From: Gammaproteobacteria bacterium
GTDB lineage: Bacteria > Pseudomonadota > Gammaproteobacteria > Steroidobacterales > Rariloculaceae
Reading direction: 5' to 3'
Assembly: GCA_041623375.1 (NCBI GenBank)
Contig: JBFJXA010000001.1
Span: 1-56,286, forward strand
DNA length: 56,286 bases
Positions within the stretch are counted from its first letter, which is position 1. The number at the start of each line of letters is the position of its first letter. This document shows positions 17,673-24,809 of this stretch, piece after piece. The translations under genes and the position numbers were made by a program. A model generated the notes under the pieces. It had not been told where the DNA came from. It did not search any database and saw only the letters and a list, made by a program, of their open reading frames with translations.

Positions 17673-19094
17673 CTAACGCATGAGCAAGAGCAGGCCGCGG
17701 CCGTTGCGCTGGATCTGCAGAATCACCGAGCCGGCGTTCTCCACAATCTCTCGGGCCTCGGCAACCGTATTGACGCGCTGGCGGTTCACGTGCGTGATGA
17801 CGTCACCGGCGCGAAGGCCGCGCTGCGCGGCTGGGCTGCCGCCCTCCACGGTCGTGACGAGAACGCCCGCAAGGCCGTTGTAGTTCGGCTGCAAGTCGTT
17901 GTTCGTGACGAACTCTGCGCCCTCGAACATCGGGTCGATGTCCGAGAGAGCCTCGTCGGCGAGGGCGGGTGCATTGAGCTCCCCGAGCTCTGCCTCGACG
18001 GTGCGAGTACGCCCGTCGCGAATGAACGCAACCTCGACGCGGTCTCCCGGGCGCATCAGGCCGATCGCGTTACGCAGCTCGACGGGCCCGGCGACGGGCT
18101 GGTCGTTCACGCTGACGATGATGTCGCCGATCTGCAGACCCGCGCGCTCGGCGGCCGAGTCCGTGCTCACGGCTGTGACGAGCGCACCGGCCGTGCTGTC
18201 GACGCCGTAGTCCGCAGCGATTCCGGCGGTCAACGGCGCAATGTTGACACCGAGCAAGCCGCGCCGGACGCTGCCGTAGGCAACGAGCTGATCCATGATC
18301 GTTCGCGCCATGTTCACGGGGATCGCAAAGCCGATGCCGATATTGCCGCCGGAGCCGGACAGGATGGCCGAGTTGATGCCGACGAGCTCACCGTTGAGGT
18401 TCACGAGCGCGCCGCCGGAGTTACCCGGGTTGATCGACGCGTCGGTTTGAATGAAGTCTTCGTAGCCGTCCGGGTTGATTCCGGAGCGACCGAGGCCGCT
18501 GACGATGCCGGACGTGACCGTGTGCTGCAACCCGAACGGGTTACCGATCGCGACGACGAAATCACCGACGCGGACGAAGTCGGAGTTGCCCAGCGGCATC
18601 GCAATGAGGCCGTTTGGCTCGACGCGAAGCAGTGCGATGTCCGAGCCCGCGTCCGAGCCGACGACCTGCGCCTGGAGCTCGCGATCGTCGACGAGCGTGA
18701 TCGTAATCTCATCCGCATCCTCTACGACGTGGTGATTCGTCAGTATGTAACCCTCTACAGCGTCGACGATGACGCCCGAACCGGCGCTGCGAAACTCGCG
18801 CCGCTGCTGACCGTTCGGCGGAAAGAAACGCCGGAAGAACGGATCGTTCGCGAGTGGGCTGTTGACCTCGCGGCTGCCCCTGACAGAGATGTTCACGACG
18901 GCCGGGCTCACGGCTTCGATGAGCGGTGCCAACGTCGGTTGTGACGGCACGCTCGCGAGCTGCGCGAAGGACGGGCTCGCCGATAGTGCGAGCACGACGC
19001 TGACGAGTGTCAGGGCGGCAGTTCGCCGTCGTCGCTCGTTGGTGTTGCGTTGATTGAACCGAGGCCACATCGACCGGGTGCGGTCATCTTTCAT
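17673..19094 (-). CDS. Periplasmic serine endoprotease, DegP/DegQ (HtrA) family, with two PDZ domains
   Basis: The start is ATG 19094, preceded by AGGAGG (6-nt spacing). The signal peptide ends ..SASPSFA-Q. The catalytic triad context is TNHHVV / DIALL / GNSGGAL. Two PDZ-like regions follow. The ORF-track start 19478 adds an Arg-rich extension that overlaps hsp20. Confidence 0.9.
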   Translation of the reverse strand: MKDDRTRSMWPRFNQRNTNERRRRTAALTLVSVVLALSASPSFAQLASVPSQPTLAPLIEAVSPAVVNISVRGSREVNSPLANDPFFRRFFPPNGQQRREFRSAGSGVIVDAVEGYILTNHHVVEDADEITITLVDDRELQAQVVGSDAGSDIALLRVEPNGLIAMPLGNSDFVRVGDFVVAIGNPFGLQHTVTSGIVSGLGRSGINPDGYEDFIQTDASINPGNSGGALVNLNGELVGINSAILSGSGGNIGIGFAIPVNMARTIMDQLVAYGSVRRGLLGVNIAPLTAGIAADYGVDSTAGALVTAVSTDSAAERAGLQIGDIIVSVNDQPVAGPVELRNAIGLMRPGDRVEVAFIRDGRTRTVEAELGELNAPALADEALSDIDPMFEGAEFVTNNDLQPNYNGLAGVLVTTVEGGSPAAQRGLRAGDVITHVNRQRVNTVAEAREIVENAGSVILQIQRNGRGLLLLMR

Positions 19095-19248
19095 CTGGAT
19101 CCTCCTGACGAGATCGCTAAGGGCAGGCGAGCCGGAGCGTCCGCTGTTCCGACGATTCAAGCATATCAGCCCAACAACCCATAAAGATGTCTGGGGGCCG
19201 TTATTCGTCGCAGGCCGGCTCGACGCCGGCCTGCGCCCGTTGCCGTTC

Positions 19249-19695
19249 TCAGCCTGCGTTGACTCGAATCCGCCGCGGCAGCGTTTTCTCCTGTTTCGGA
19301 ATCGAGATCTCGAGCACGCCGTTCTTGTACTCGGCCGCGATATTCTCGGCATCGGCGGTCTCGGGCAGCGCGAAGCGTCGGTAGAACCGCCCACTGAGAC
19401 GCTCGGTGCGGTGCCAGCCGTCGCGCTCCGCCTCCGCCGTCGTCTCCCTGTGCCCGTGAATGCACAATGCGCCGCCATCCATCGTGATTTCCAGGTCGTC
19501 AGCGGCTACGCCGGGCACGTCGGCACGAATCAGGAACCGCTCCTCCTCTTCCCTGATGTCGACGGCAGGCCGCCAGTTGCCGAGGTCGCTGGTGTCGTCC
19601 TCGTGTTGGGCGAGCAGGTGAGCCGGAAAGATTCGATCGACGTCGCGGTGGAGTCTATCCACCAGGCTCCAAGGGTTATAGCGAATCGTGTTCAT
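19249..19695 (-). CDS. Small heat-shock protein, Hsp20/IbpA family
   Basis: 148 aa with an alpha-crystallin domain (W.P.VDI.E....F.I.ADVPGV...DLEI....G.L.I.G.R, F.RRF.LP......I.A.Y.NGVLEI.IPK). GGAGG lies 10 nt upstream of the ATG. Confidence 0.92.
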   Translation of the reverse strand: MNTIRYNPWSLVDRLHRDVDRIFPAHLLAQHEDDTSDLGNWRPAVDIREEEERFLIRADVPGVAADDLEITMDGGALCIHGHRETTAEAERDGWHRTERLSGRFYRRFALPETADAENIAAEYKNGVLEISIPKQEKTLPRRIRVNAG

Positions 19696-19742
19696 GATCG
19701 TGCGACCTCCTGAGTAGGTTCGTGATGTCTGATAGGCAACAA

Positions 19743-19769
19743 CGTTGGGGCTACCCCGGCGATTTCAAG
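19743..19769 (-). promoter_or_regulatory. Putative sigma-32 (RpoH) heat-shock promoter for hsp20
   Basis: The minus strand reads CTTGAA-ATCGCCGGGGTAG-CCCCAACGT. This is -35 CTTGAA, a 13-nt spacer and -10 CCCCAnnnT, against the E. coli consensus CTTGAA-N13-17-CCCCATNTA. It lies about 48 nt upstream of the hsp20 ATG. Confidence 0.55.
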
Positions 19770-19836
19770 TCGGCGTGAGACACACAAATCTGTGGGTTGC
19801 CTGTGGATAAGCAGGGCAAGCCATGGGGACAACGAG

Positions 19837-19852
19837 ACACAATATATAGTGG
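19837..19852. promoter_or_regulatory. NrdR-box-like palindrome ACACAATATATAGTGG
   Basis: It matches 15/16 positions of the NrdR box consensus as I recall it (acaCwAtATaTwGtgt). It lies upstream of the class II RNR genes. Confidence 0.5.
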
Positions 19853-19927
19853 TTGGCAGAAATCGAAGGAGATTCTGCAAGGCGCAAAAAATATTTCGAG
19901 TGAATTTCACGAAGATTTGTTAACTAA

Positions 19928-19943
19928 TTGTTATATATAACAA
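19928..19943. promoter_or_regulatory. Perfect 16-bp AT-rich palindrome TTGTTATATATAACAA (a possible degenerate NrdR box or other operator)
   Basis: It is an exact palindrome and shares only the TATATATA centre with the NrdR consensus. It lies about 40 bp upstream of the candidate -35. Confidence 0.3.
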
Positions 19944-19973
19944 TATCCCCTATACGTGATTCGCAACTGGGTC

Positions 19974-20002
19974 TTGACACTGGGCACCGAGCGTCCTAGT
20001 CT
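19974..20002 (+). promoter_or_regulatory. Candidate sigma-70 promoter for nrdJab (TTGACA-N17-TAGTCT)
   Basis: A perfect -35 hexamer, a 17-nt spacer and a moderate -10. The prediction is by sequence only. Confidence 0.35.
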
Positions 20003-20014
20003 ACGAAGGTCACG

Positions 20015-20030
20015 ATACAACATCTTGTGT
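20015..20030. promoter_or_regulatory. NrdR-box-like palindrome ATACAACATCTTGTGT, just downstream of the candidate -10
   Basis: The reverse complement ACACAAGATGTTGTAT matches the outer ACAC..GT.T arms of the NrdR consensus. Its position overlapping the predicted start site would suit a repressor. Confidence 0.4.
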
Positions 20031-20186
20031 CATGACTTTTTGCTAGAAATAACCAAAACGGGTAGCGCCAGGCGAGCCCGACGGGGAGGTACTGCGCTCA
20101 ATAACTCTAATCGACGGGCAGTTTTGCCGGAAGGATCCGTGGATCTTGAGCCGCGGGAACGAGCTGAAGGGGGGCACGTAGCGAAC

Positions 20187-22334
20187 ATGAAAAACGCGCT
20201 TGAACTGAAAGCGACGAAAGTTTCAGAGTTACCTCTGCAGGAGGCGTCTCTGAGCATCTGGGACACCAAGTATCGGCTCAAGAGCAAATCCGGCGAACCC
20301 GTCGACAAGGACATCCAGGGGACTTACGAGCGTGTCGCCGAAGCGCTCGTGTCCGTCGAGGACCCGGTCAAGAAAGATTACTGGCACGAGCGCTTCGTTT
20401 GGGCGCTGCAGCGCGGTGCGATTCCGGCGGGCCGTATCATGTCGAACGCCGGTGCCGAGGCGCACAAGCCGGCGACGTCGACGATCAACTGTACGGTATC
20501 CGGCACCGTCAACGACTCGATGCACGATATTCTCGAGAAGGTCCATGAGGCCGGGTTGACGCTCAAGGCCGGCTGCGGAATCGGCTATGAGTTTTCGACA
20601 TTGCGCCCACGCGGCGCCTACGTCTCGGGCGCCGGCGCGCACACGTCGGGACCGCTGTCGTTCATGGATATCTATGACAAGATGTGCTTTACCGTGTCCT
20701 CGGCAGGCGGTCGCCGCGGCGCACAAATGGGCACGTTCGATATCGGCCATCCCGACGCCATGGAGTTCATTCGCGCCAAGCGGGAGGACGGCCGGCTGCG
20801 AAATTTCAATCTTTCGTTGCTCATCACCGACGAGTTCATGCAGGCCGTCAAGGCAGGCGCCGACTGGCCGCTGGCGTTTCCGTTGCGCCAGCGCGAGGCC
20901 CATGAGGACGGCATCGATCTCGAAGACCCCGAGCAGGTGGTCTGGCGGGAGTGGCCCACTCGACGCGGCTACATCTGCAACGACAACGGCCTCGTCGCGT
21001 GTCGGATCTACAAGGCAATCCCGGCACGGCGCATGTGGGACGTGATCATGTCCTCGACCTACGACTTCGCCGAGCCGGGCTTTGTGCTCATCGATCGTGT
21101 CAATGAGCTCAACAACAATTGGTGGTGCGAGAACATTCGCGCTACGAATCCCTGCGGGGAGCAGCCGTTGCCGGCTTACGGCGCTTGCCTGCTCGGATCG
21201 ATCAATCTGACGAAATTCGTGATCGAGCCGTTCACGGACGATGCGCATTTCGACTGGGAAGAGTTTCGCGAGGTCGTGCGCGTGTTCACGCGCATGCTCG
21301 ACAACGTCGTGGAGATCAACGGTCTGCCGCTCGACGAGCAACGCGCGGAGATCCTGCGCAAGCGGCGTCACGGCATGGGCTTTCTGGGCCTCGGCTCGGC
21401 GATCACGTTGCTCGGCATGCGCTATGGCGAGCCCGACTCCGTGCGCTTCACCGAGGACGTCGCCAGAGAGCTCGCGATCGCGGGCTGGCAGATGGGGCTC
21501 GAGCTTGCGAGGGAAAAAGGTCCCGCGCCGATTCTCACCGAGACCTTTACCGTGACCGAAGAGATGCTGCGCAAGCGACCGGAGATGCGTGCGGACGGCT
21601 GGAAGGCCGGCGACAGTATCCCGGGCCGCACGCTGCATTCGAGATACAGCCGATACATGCAGCGTCTGGCCGGCGTTGCGCCGAAGCTAGTCGATCAGCT
21701 TGCCGAGGAGGGGTCGCGTTTTACGCATCACAGCTCGATCGCTCCAACGGGTACGATCGCTCTGTCGTTGGCGAACAACGCTTCCAACGGGATCGAGCCG
21801 TCTTTCGCGCATCACTATTTTCGAAACGTCATTCAGGAAGGCAAGAAGACCAAGGAAAAGGTCGACGTCTATTCGTTCGAGCTGCTGGCCTATCGCGAGC
21901 TCGTCAACCCCCGGGCATGTCCCGACAGCGACGAGCCCGGCGAGGCGCTGCCCGGCTACTTCGTGAGCTCGGAGGACATTACGCCGAAAGCGCACGTCGA
22001 CATTCAAGCAGCCGCGCAGATTTGGGTCGATTCGTCGATTTCGAAGACGGCAAACGTACCGACGAACTATCCCTACGGCGATTTCAAGAACATTTACTTA
22101 TATGCCCACGAGAAAGGCCTCAAGGGTTGCACGACCTTCCGTTTCAATCCGGAGGCTTTCCAGGGCGTGCTCGTGAAGGAGAAAGATCTCAAGAACACGA
22201 CGTATCGTTTCACGCTCGACGACGGCAGCGTCGTCGAGGCCAAGGGTGACGACGAGATCGAGTACGACGGGGAGACGCACAGCGCCGCGAATCTATTCGA
22301 TGCGCTCAAGGAAGGTTATTACGGGAAATTGTGA
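20187..22334 (+). CDS. nrdJ: Adenosylcobalamin-dependent ribonucleotide reductase, large N-terminal polypeptide (NrdJa of a split class II RNR)
   Basis: MKNALELK...LSIWDTKYRLK...TYERVAEAL and INCTVSG (the expected class II context), plus NPCGEQPL (the conserved RNR thiyl-radical Cys loop) and SSIAPTGT. The start is ATG 20187. The ORF-track start 19956 runs through AT-rich non-coding-looking DNA. The gene ends at TGA 22332-22334. Confidence 0.9.
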   Translation: MKNALELKATKVSELPLQEASLSIWDTKYRLKSKSGEPVDKDIQGTYERVAEALVSVEDPVKKDYWHERFVWALQRGAIPAGRIMSNAGAEAHKPATSTINCTVSGTVNDSMHDILEKVHEAGLTLKAGCGIGYEFSTLRPRGAYVSGAGAHTSGPLSFMDIYDKMCFTVSSAGGRRGAQMGTFDIGHPDAMEFIRAKREDGRLRNFNLSLLITDEFMQAVKAGADWPLAFPLRQREAHEDGIDLEDPEQVVWREWPTRRGYICNDNGLVACRIYKAIPARRMWDVIMSSTYDFAEPGFVLIDRVNELNNNWWCENIRATNPCGEQPLPAYGACLLGSINLTKFVIEPFTDDAHFDWEEFREVVRVFTRMLDNVVEINGLPLDEQRAEILRKRRHGMGFLGLGSAITLLGMRYGEPDSVRFTEDVARELAIAGWQMGLELAREKGPAPILTETFTVTEEMLRKRPEMRADGWKAGDSIPGRTLHSRYSRYMQRLAGVAPKLVDQLAEEGSRFTHHSSIAPTGTIALSLANNASNGIEPSFAHHYFRNVIQEGKKTKEKVDVYSFELLAYRELVNPRACPDSDEPGEALPGYFVSSEDITPKAHVDIQAAAQIWVDSSISKTANVPTNYPYGDFKNIYLYAHEKGLKGCTTFRFNPEAFQGVLVKEKDLKNTTYRFTLDDGSVVEAKGDDEIEYDGETHSAANLFDALKEGYYGKL

Positions 22335-22397
22335 GTCGATGACATCAAGGAAGAAACCGAGTGGCCGAAGGGAGGCGAGCCGCCGTACGGCGGCGCT

Positions 22398-23219
22398 GTG
22401 GCAGATCGAGGGGTCGTCCTCGAGATGGATAGAGGCACTGCGATCGACGATAACGGCAGGCGCCCGCCGAGCGATCGCACCGAGACACTTGAAGAGATAG
22501 CGCAGATGGCACGTATAAAAATGCAAGGCAAGATTGTCGAGTACAGCGTTGCCGTTGACGAGGCCGATAGCGCCTCGGAGCCGGCTGCGGCGACCGTCGT
22601 GGAAGCACAGGCCGAAGAGCCGAAAGTCATTCGGATGCACGAGAAACTCGAGCGTCCGGAAATGCTCATCGGCTCGACGTACAAGGTCAAAACGCCGGTG
22701 TCGGATCATGCGATGTATGTGACGATCAACGACATCCTGCTCAACGAAGGCACGCCGCACGAGCAGCGCCGGCCGTTCGAGATCTTCATCAATTCGAAGA
22801 ATCTCGATCACTATCAATGGATCGTGGCGTTGACGCGCATCATGTCGGCGGTCTTCCGCAAGGGCGGAGACGTCACGTTCCTCGTCGACGAGCTCAAGGC
22901 CGTGTTCGATCCGCGTGGCGGATACTGGCAGCCGGGCGGTAAGTTCATGCCATCGATCATTGCCGAGCTGGGTCATATCGTGGAAAAGCACCTCGTGCAG
23001 ATCGGGCTGCTGAAGCCGCTGAGTCTTAGCGAGGACCACGAGGGCTTTCTTGCAGACAAGCGTGCGGAGTTCGAGGCCCGTGGCGGTCAGCAGGATGCCT
23101 TCGCCGAACAGAACTTTCCCGAGGGCGCACAGCTTTGCGGCAAATGCAGCACCGCCGCTGCCGTCATGCTCGACGGCTGTATGACTTGCTTGAATTGCGG
23201 TTACTCGAAGTGCGGCTGA
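22398..23219 (+). CDS. nrdJ: Class II ribonucleotide reductase C-terminal polypeptide (NrdJb; TSCPD-like domain plus a Cys-rich tail)
   Basis: ERPEMLIGSTYKVKTP....MYVTINDI........PFEIFINSKN..H.QW..ALTR..SA..R.G is the conserved C-terminal RNR/TSCPD segment. The C-terminal CGKCS....MLDGCMTCLNCGYSKCG is the redox/zinc tail. The gene is in the same frame as nrdJa. Start candidates are GTG 22398, ATG 22425, ATG 22506 and ATG 22521. Confidence 0.85.
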   Translation: MADRGVVLEMDRGTAIDDNGRRPPSDRTETLEEIAQMARIKMQGKIVEYSVAVDEADSASEPAAATVVEAQAEEPKVIRMHEKLERPEMLIGSTYKVKTPVSDHAMYVTINDILLNEGTPHEQRRPFEIFINSKNLDHYQWIVALTRIMSAVFRKGGDVTFLVDELKAVFDPRGGYWQPGGKFMPSIIAELGHIVEKHLVQIGLLKPLSLSEDHEGFLADKRAEFEARGGQQDAFAEQNFPEGAQLCGKCSTAAAVMLDGCMTCLNCGYSKCG

Positions 23220-23273
23220 TGCCTGGGCACTAAAACGCCGGCTAGGCCGACGCGTACATACCAGTCCGCCGTT

Positions 23274-23317
23274 GGTCCGCTCCTTAGATCAGTCATGATC
23301 GGGGGCGGACCTTTTTT
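23274..23317 (+). terminator. Rho-independent terminator candidate after nrdJb
   Basis: GGTCCGC...(24-nt loop)...GCGGACC is followed by TTTTTT. An alternative 5' arm, GTCCGCC at 23264, can pair with the same 3' arm. Confidence 0.5.
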
Positions 23318-23360
23318 ATCCGGTTTGAGTAGCCCGAAAACGCGCTAGAATTAAGCTCTT

Positions 23361-24782
23361 GTGACGCTCACCATTCCGGACTTTACGACGCTCAGGGTTC
23401 TCGTCGCCGGCGATGCCATGCTCGACGAGTATTGGTTCGGCTCGACGGACAGGATCTCGCCTGAGGCGCCCGTACCGGTCGTCAAGACACAAGAGATCGA
23501 GCAACGGCCCGGCGGCGCGGCAAACGTTGCGCTGAATCTCGCCACACTGGGTGCGCACGTCAGTCTCGCTGCGTGTATCGGCGCCGATTTGCGCGGCGAG
23601 GCGCTCACCGAGCTCCTGAGCGCCGGCGGTGTCGATTGCCGCTTTCTGCAATCGGCCGACAAACCGACCATTCACAAGCTACGCGTGCTGTCGCGCAATC
23701 AGCAACTCATCCGGCTCGACTTCGAGGAGTCGTTGAGCAACGACGGCTCGGCATTCGCAGCGCACTTCGCCCCGTTGGTCGAGGCAGCTGACTTAGTCGT
23801 TCTCTCGGATTACGGCAAGGGGACGCTCAGTGAAGTCCAGGCACTGATCGAATGCTGCAGGCGCAGCGCTCGGCGTGTGCTCGTGGATCCGAAGGGCACC
23901 GACTTCGAGCGCTACCGCGGCGCGACGCTGATCACACCGAATCGCAACGAGTTCGAGGCCGTTGCGGGCGCATGGCAGACGGAGAGTGAGTTTGAAGCGC
24001 TCGGCCAGGCGATGCGCGATACCCTCGAGCTCGAGGCGCTGCTCGTGACCCGGGGTGGCGAAGGCATGACACTGTTCACGAGTGGCGAGCCGCCCGTCAC
24101 GCTCGCTGCCGAAAGCCGAGAGGTGTTCGACGTGACGGGCGCCGGCGATACGGTCATCGCACTGATGGCCGCGGGGCTCGGTTGCGGTCTCGCACCCGAA
24201 TCTGCGGCAGCGCTCGCGAATCTGGGCGCAGGGCTCGTCGTCGGCAAGATCGGTGTCGCAAACGTGCGCCCGGCCGAGTTACGGCTAGCACTCCACCGCC
24301 GCGGCACGGGCGGGCGCGGTCTCGTCAATGCGCAAGCGCTCGAGGCGCTCGTCGCGCAAGCGCGCGCGCGGGGCGAGCGCATCGTCATGACGAATGGCTG
24401 TTTCGATATCCTGCACGCCGGGCACGTTGCGTATCTCGAAGAAGCCAAGACGCTCGGTGATCGCCTTATCGTCGCCGTCAACGACGACGACTCCGTCGAG
24501 CGCCTGAAGGGCCGCGGTCGGCCCGTTACCCCGCTCGAGGACCGAATGGCCGTGCTGTCCGGTCTCGCAGCCGTCGACTGGGTCGTGGCGTTCAGCGAGG
24601 ATACGCCCGCTGATCTGATCGACCGATTACTGCCGGATGTGCTGGTCAAAGGCGGTGACTACCGCGCTGAGCAGGTCGTCGGTGCGAAGGCCGTAATCGC
24701 CAACGGCGGCGAAGTTCGCATACTGGCGTTTCGCGAGGGCCGCTCGACGACGGCTGTGATCGAGGCGATCCGCAACGGCTAG
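23361..24782 (+). CDS. hldE: Bifunctional D-beta-D-heptose 7-phosphate kinase / D-beta-D-heptose 1-phosphate adenylyltransferase
   Basis: GTG start. The N-terminal pfkB-type kinase domain has VLV.GD.MLD.YW.G...RISPEAPVPVV and DVTGAGDTV. The C-terminal cytidylyltransferase domain has TNGCFDILHAGHV.YL. Length is 473 aa. Confidence 0.95.
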   Translation: MTLTIPDFTTLRVLVAGDAMLDEYWFGSTDRISPEAPVPVVKTQEIEQRPGGAANVALNLATLGAHVSLAACIGADLRGEALTELLSAGGVDCRFLQSADKPTIHKLRVLSRNQQLIRLDFEESLSNDGSAFAAHFAPLVEAADLVVLSDYGKGTLSEVQALIECCRRSARRVLVDPKGTDFERYRGATLITPNRNEFEAVAGAWQTESEFEALGQAMRDTLELEALLVTRGGEGMTLFTSGEPPVTLAAESREVFDVTGAGDTVIALMAAGLGCGLAPESAAALANLGAGLVVGKIGVANVRPAELRLALHRRGTGGRGLVNAQALEALVAQARARGERIVMTNGCFDILHAGHVAYLEEAKTLGDRLIVAVNDDDSVERLKGRGRPVTPLEDRMAVLSGLAAVDWVVAFSEDTPADLIDRLLPDVLVKGGDYRAEQVVGAKAVIANGGEVRILAFREGRSTTAVIEAIRNG

Positions 24783-24809
24783 ATCGCTCTTTCTAAGTCG
24801 GGACGTCGT

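Noticed and set aside
17673-19478. The full 601-aa ORF-track version of the DegP/Q gene.
   Set aside because: The first 128 codons are Arg/Ser/Thr-rich, overlap the hsp20 coding region and lack a signal peptide. ATG 19094 has an AGGAGG Shine-Dalgarno and yields a proper signal sequence.
19956-20186. A 77-codon N-terminal extension of the nrdJa ORF (GTG 19956).
   Set aside because: The extension runs through AT-rich DNA with promoter-like and operator-like palindromes and no codon bias. Conserved NrdJ sequence begins right after ATG 20187.
20031-20186. A possible cobalamin riboswitch in the nrdJ leader. AGCGCCAGGCGAGCCCGAC vaguely resembles the B12 box.
   Set aside because: Only a loose match to the B12-box consensus (AGYCMGGAGACCKGCC as I recall it) is present, and none of the other conserved riboswitch segments are visible. 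B12 riboswitches normally control B12-independent isozymes or B12 supply genes, not the B12-dependent RNR. A cmsearch with the Rfam Cobalamin model would settle it.
20229-21638. A 469-aa ORF antisense to nrdJa, and the 376-aa +2-frame ORF at 21119-22249.
   Set aside because: Both overlap the well-supported NrdJa frame. The translations are Arg/Ala/Gly-rich with no motifs, which is the typical shadow-ORF artefact.
22332-22334. Selenocysteine decoding of the in-frame TGA between nrdJa and nrdJb.
   Set aside because: No SECIS-like hairpin lies at the usual position immediately 3' of the UGA. The only strong hairpin starts about 45 nt downstream. There is no Cys-containing homologous position that I know of at this site, and no sel genes in the window. 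Readthrough or reinitiation remain the open options.
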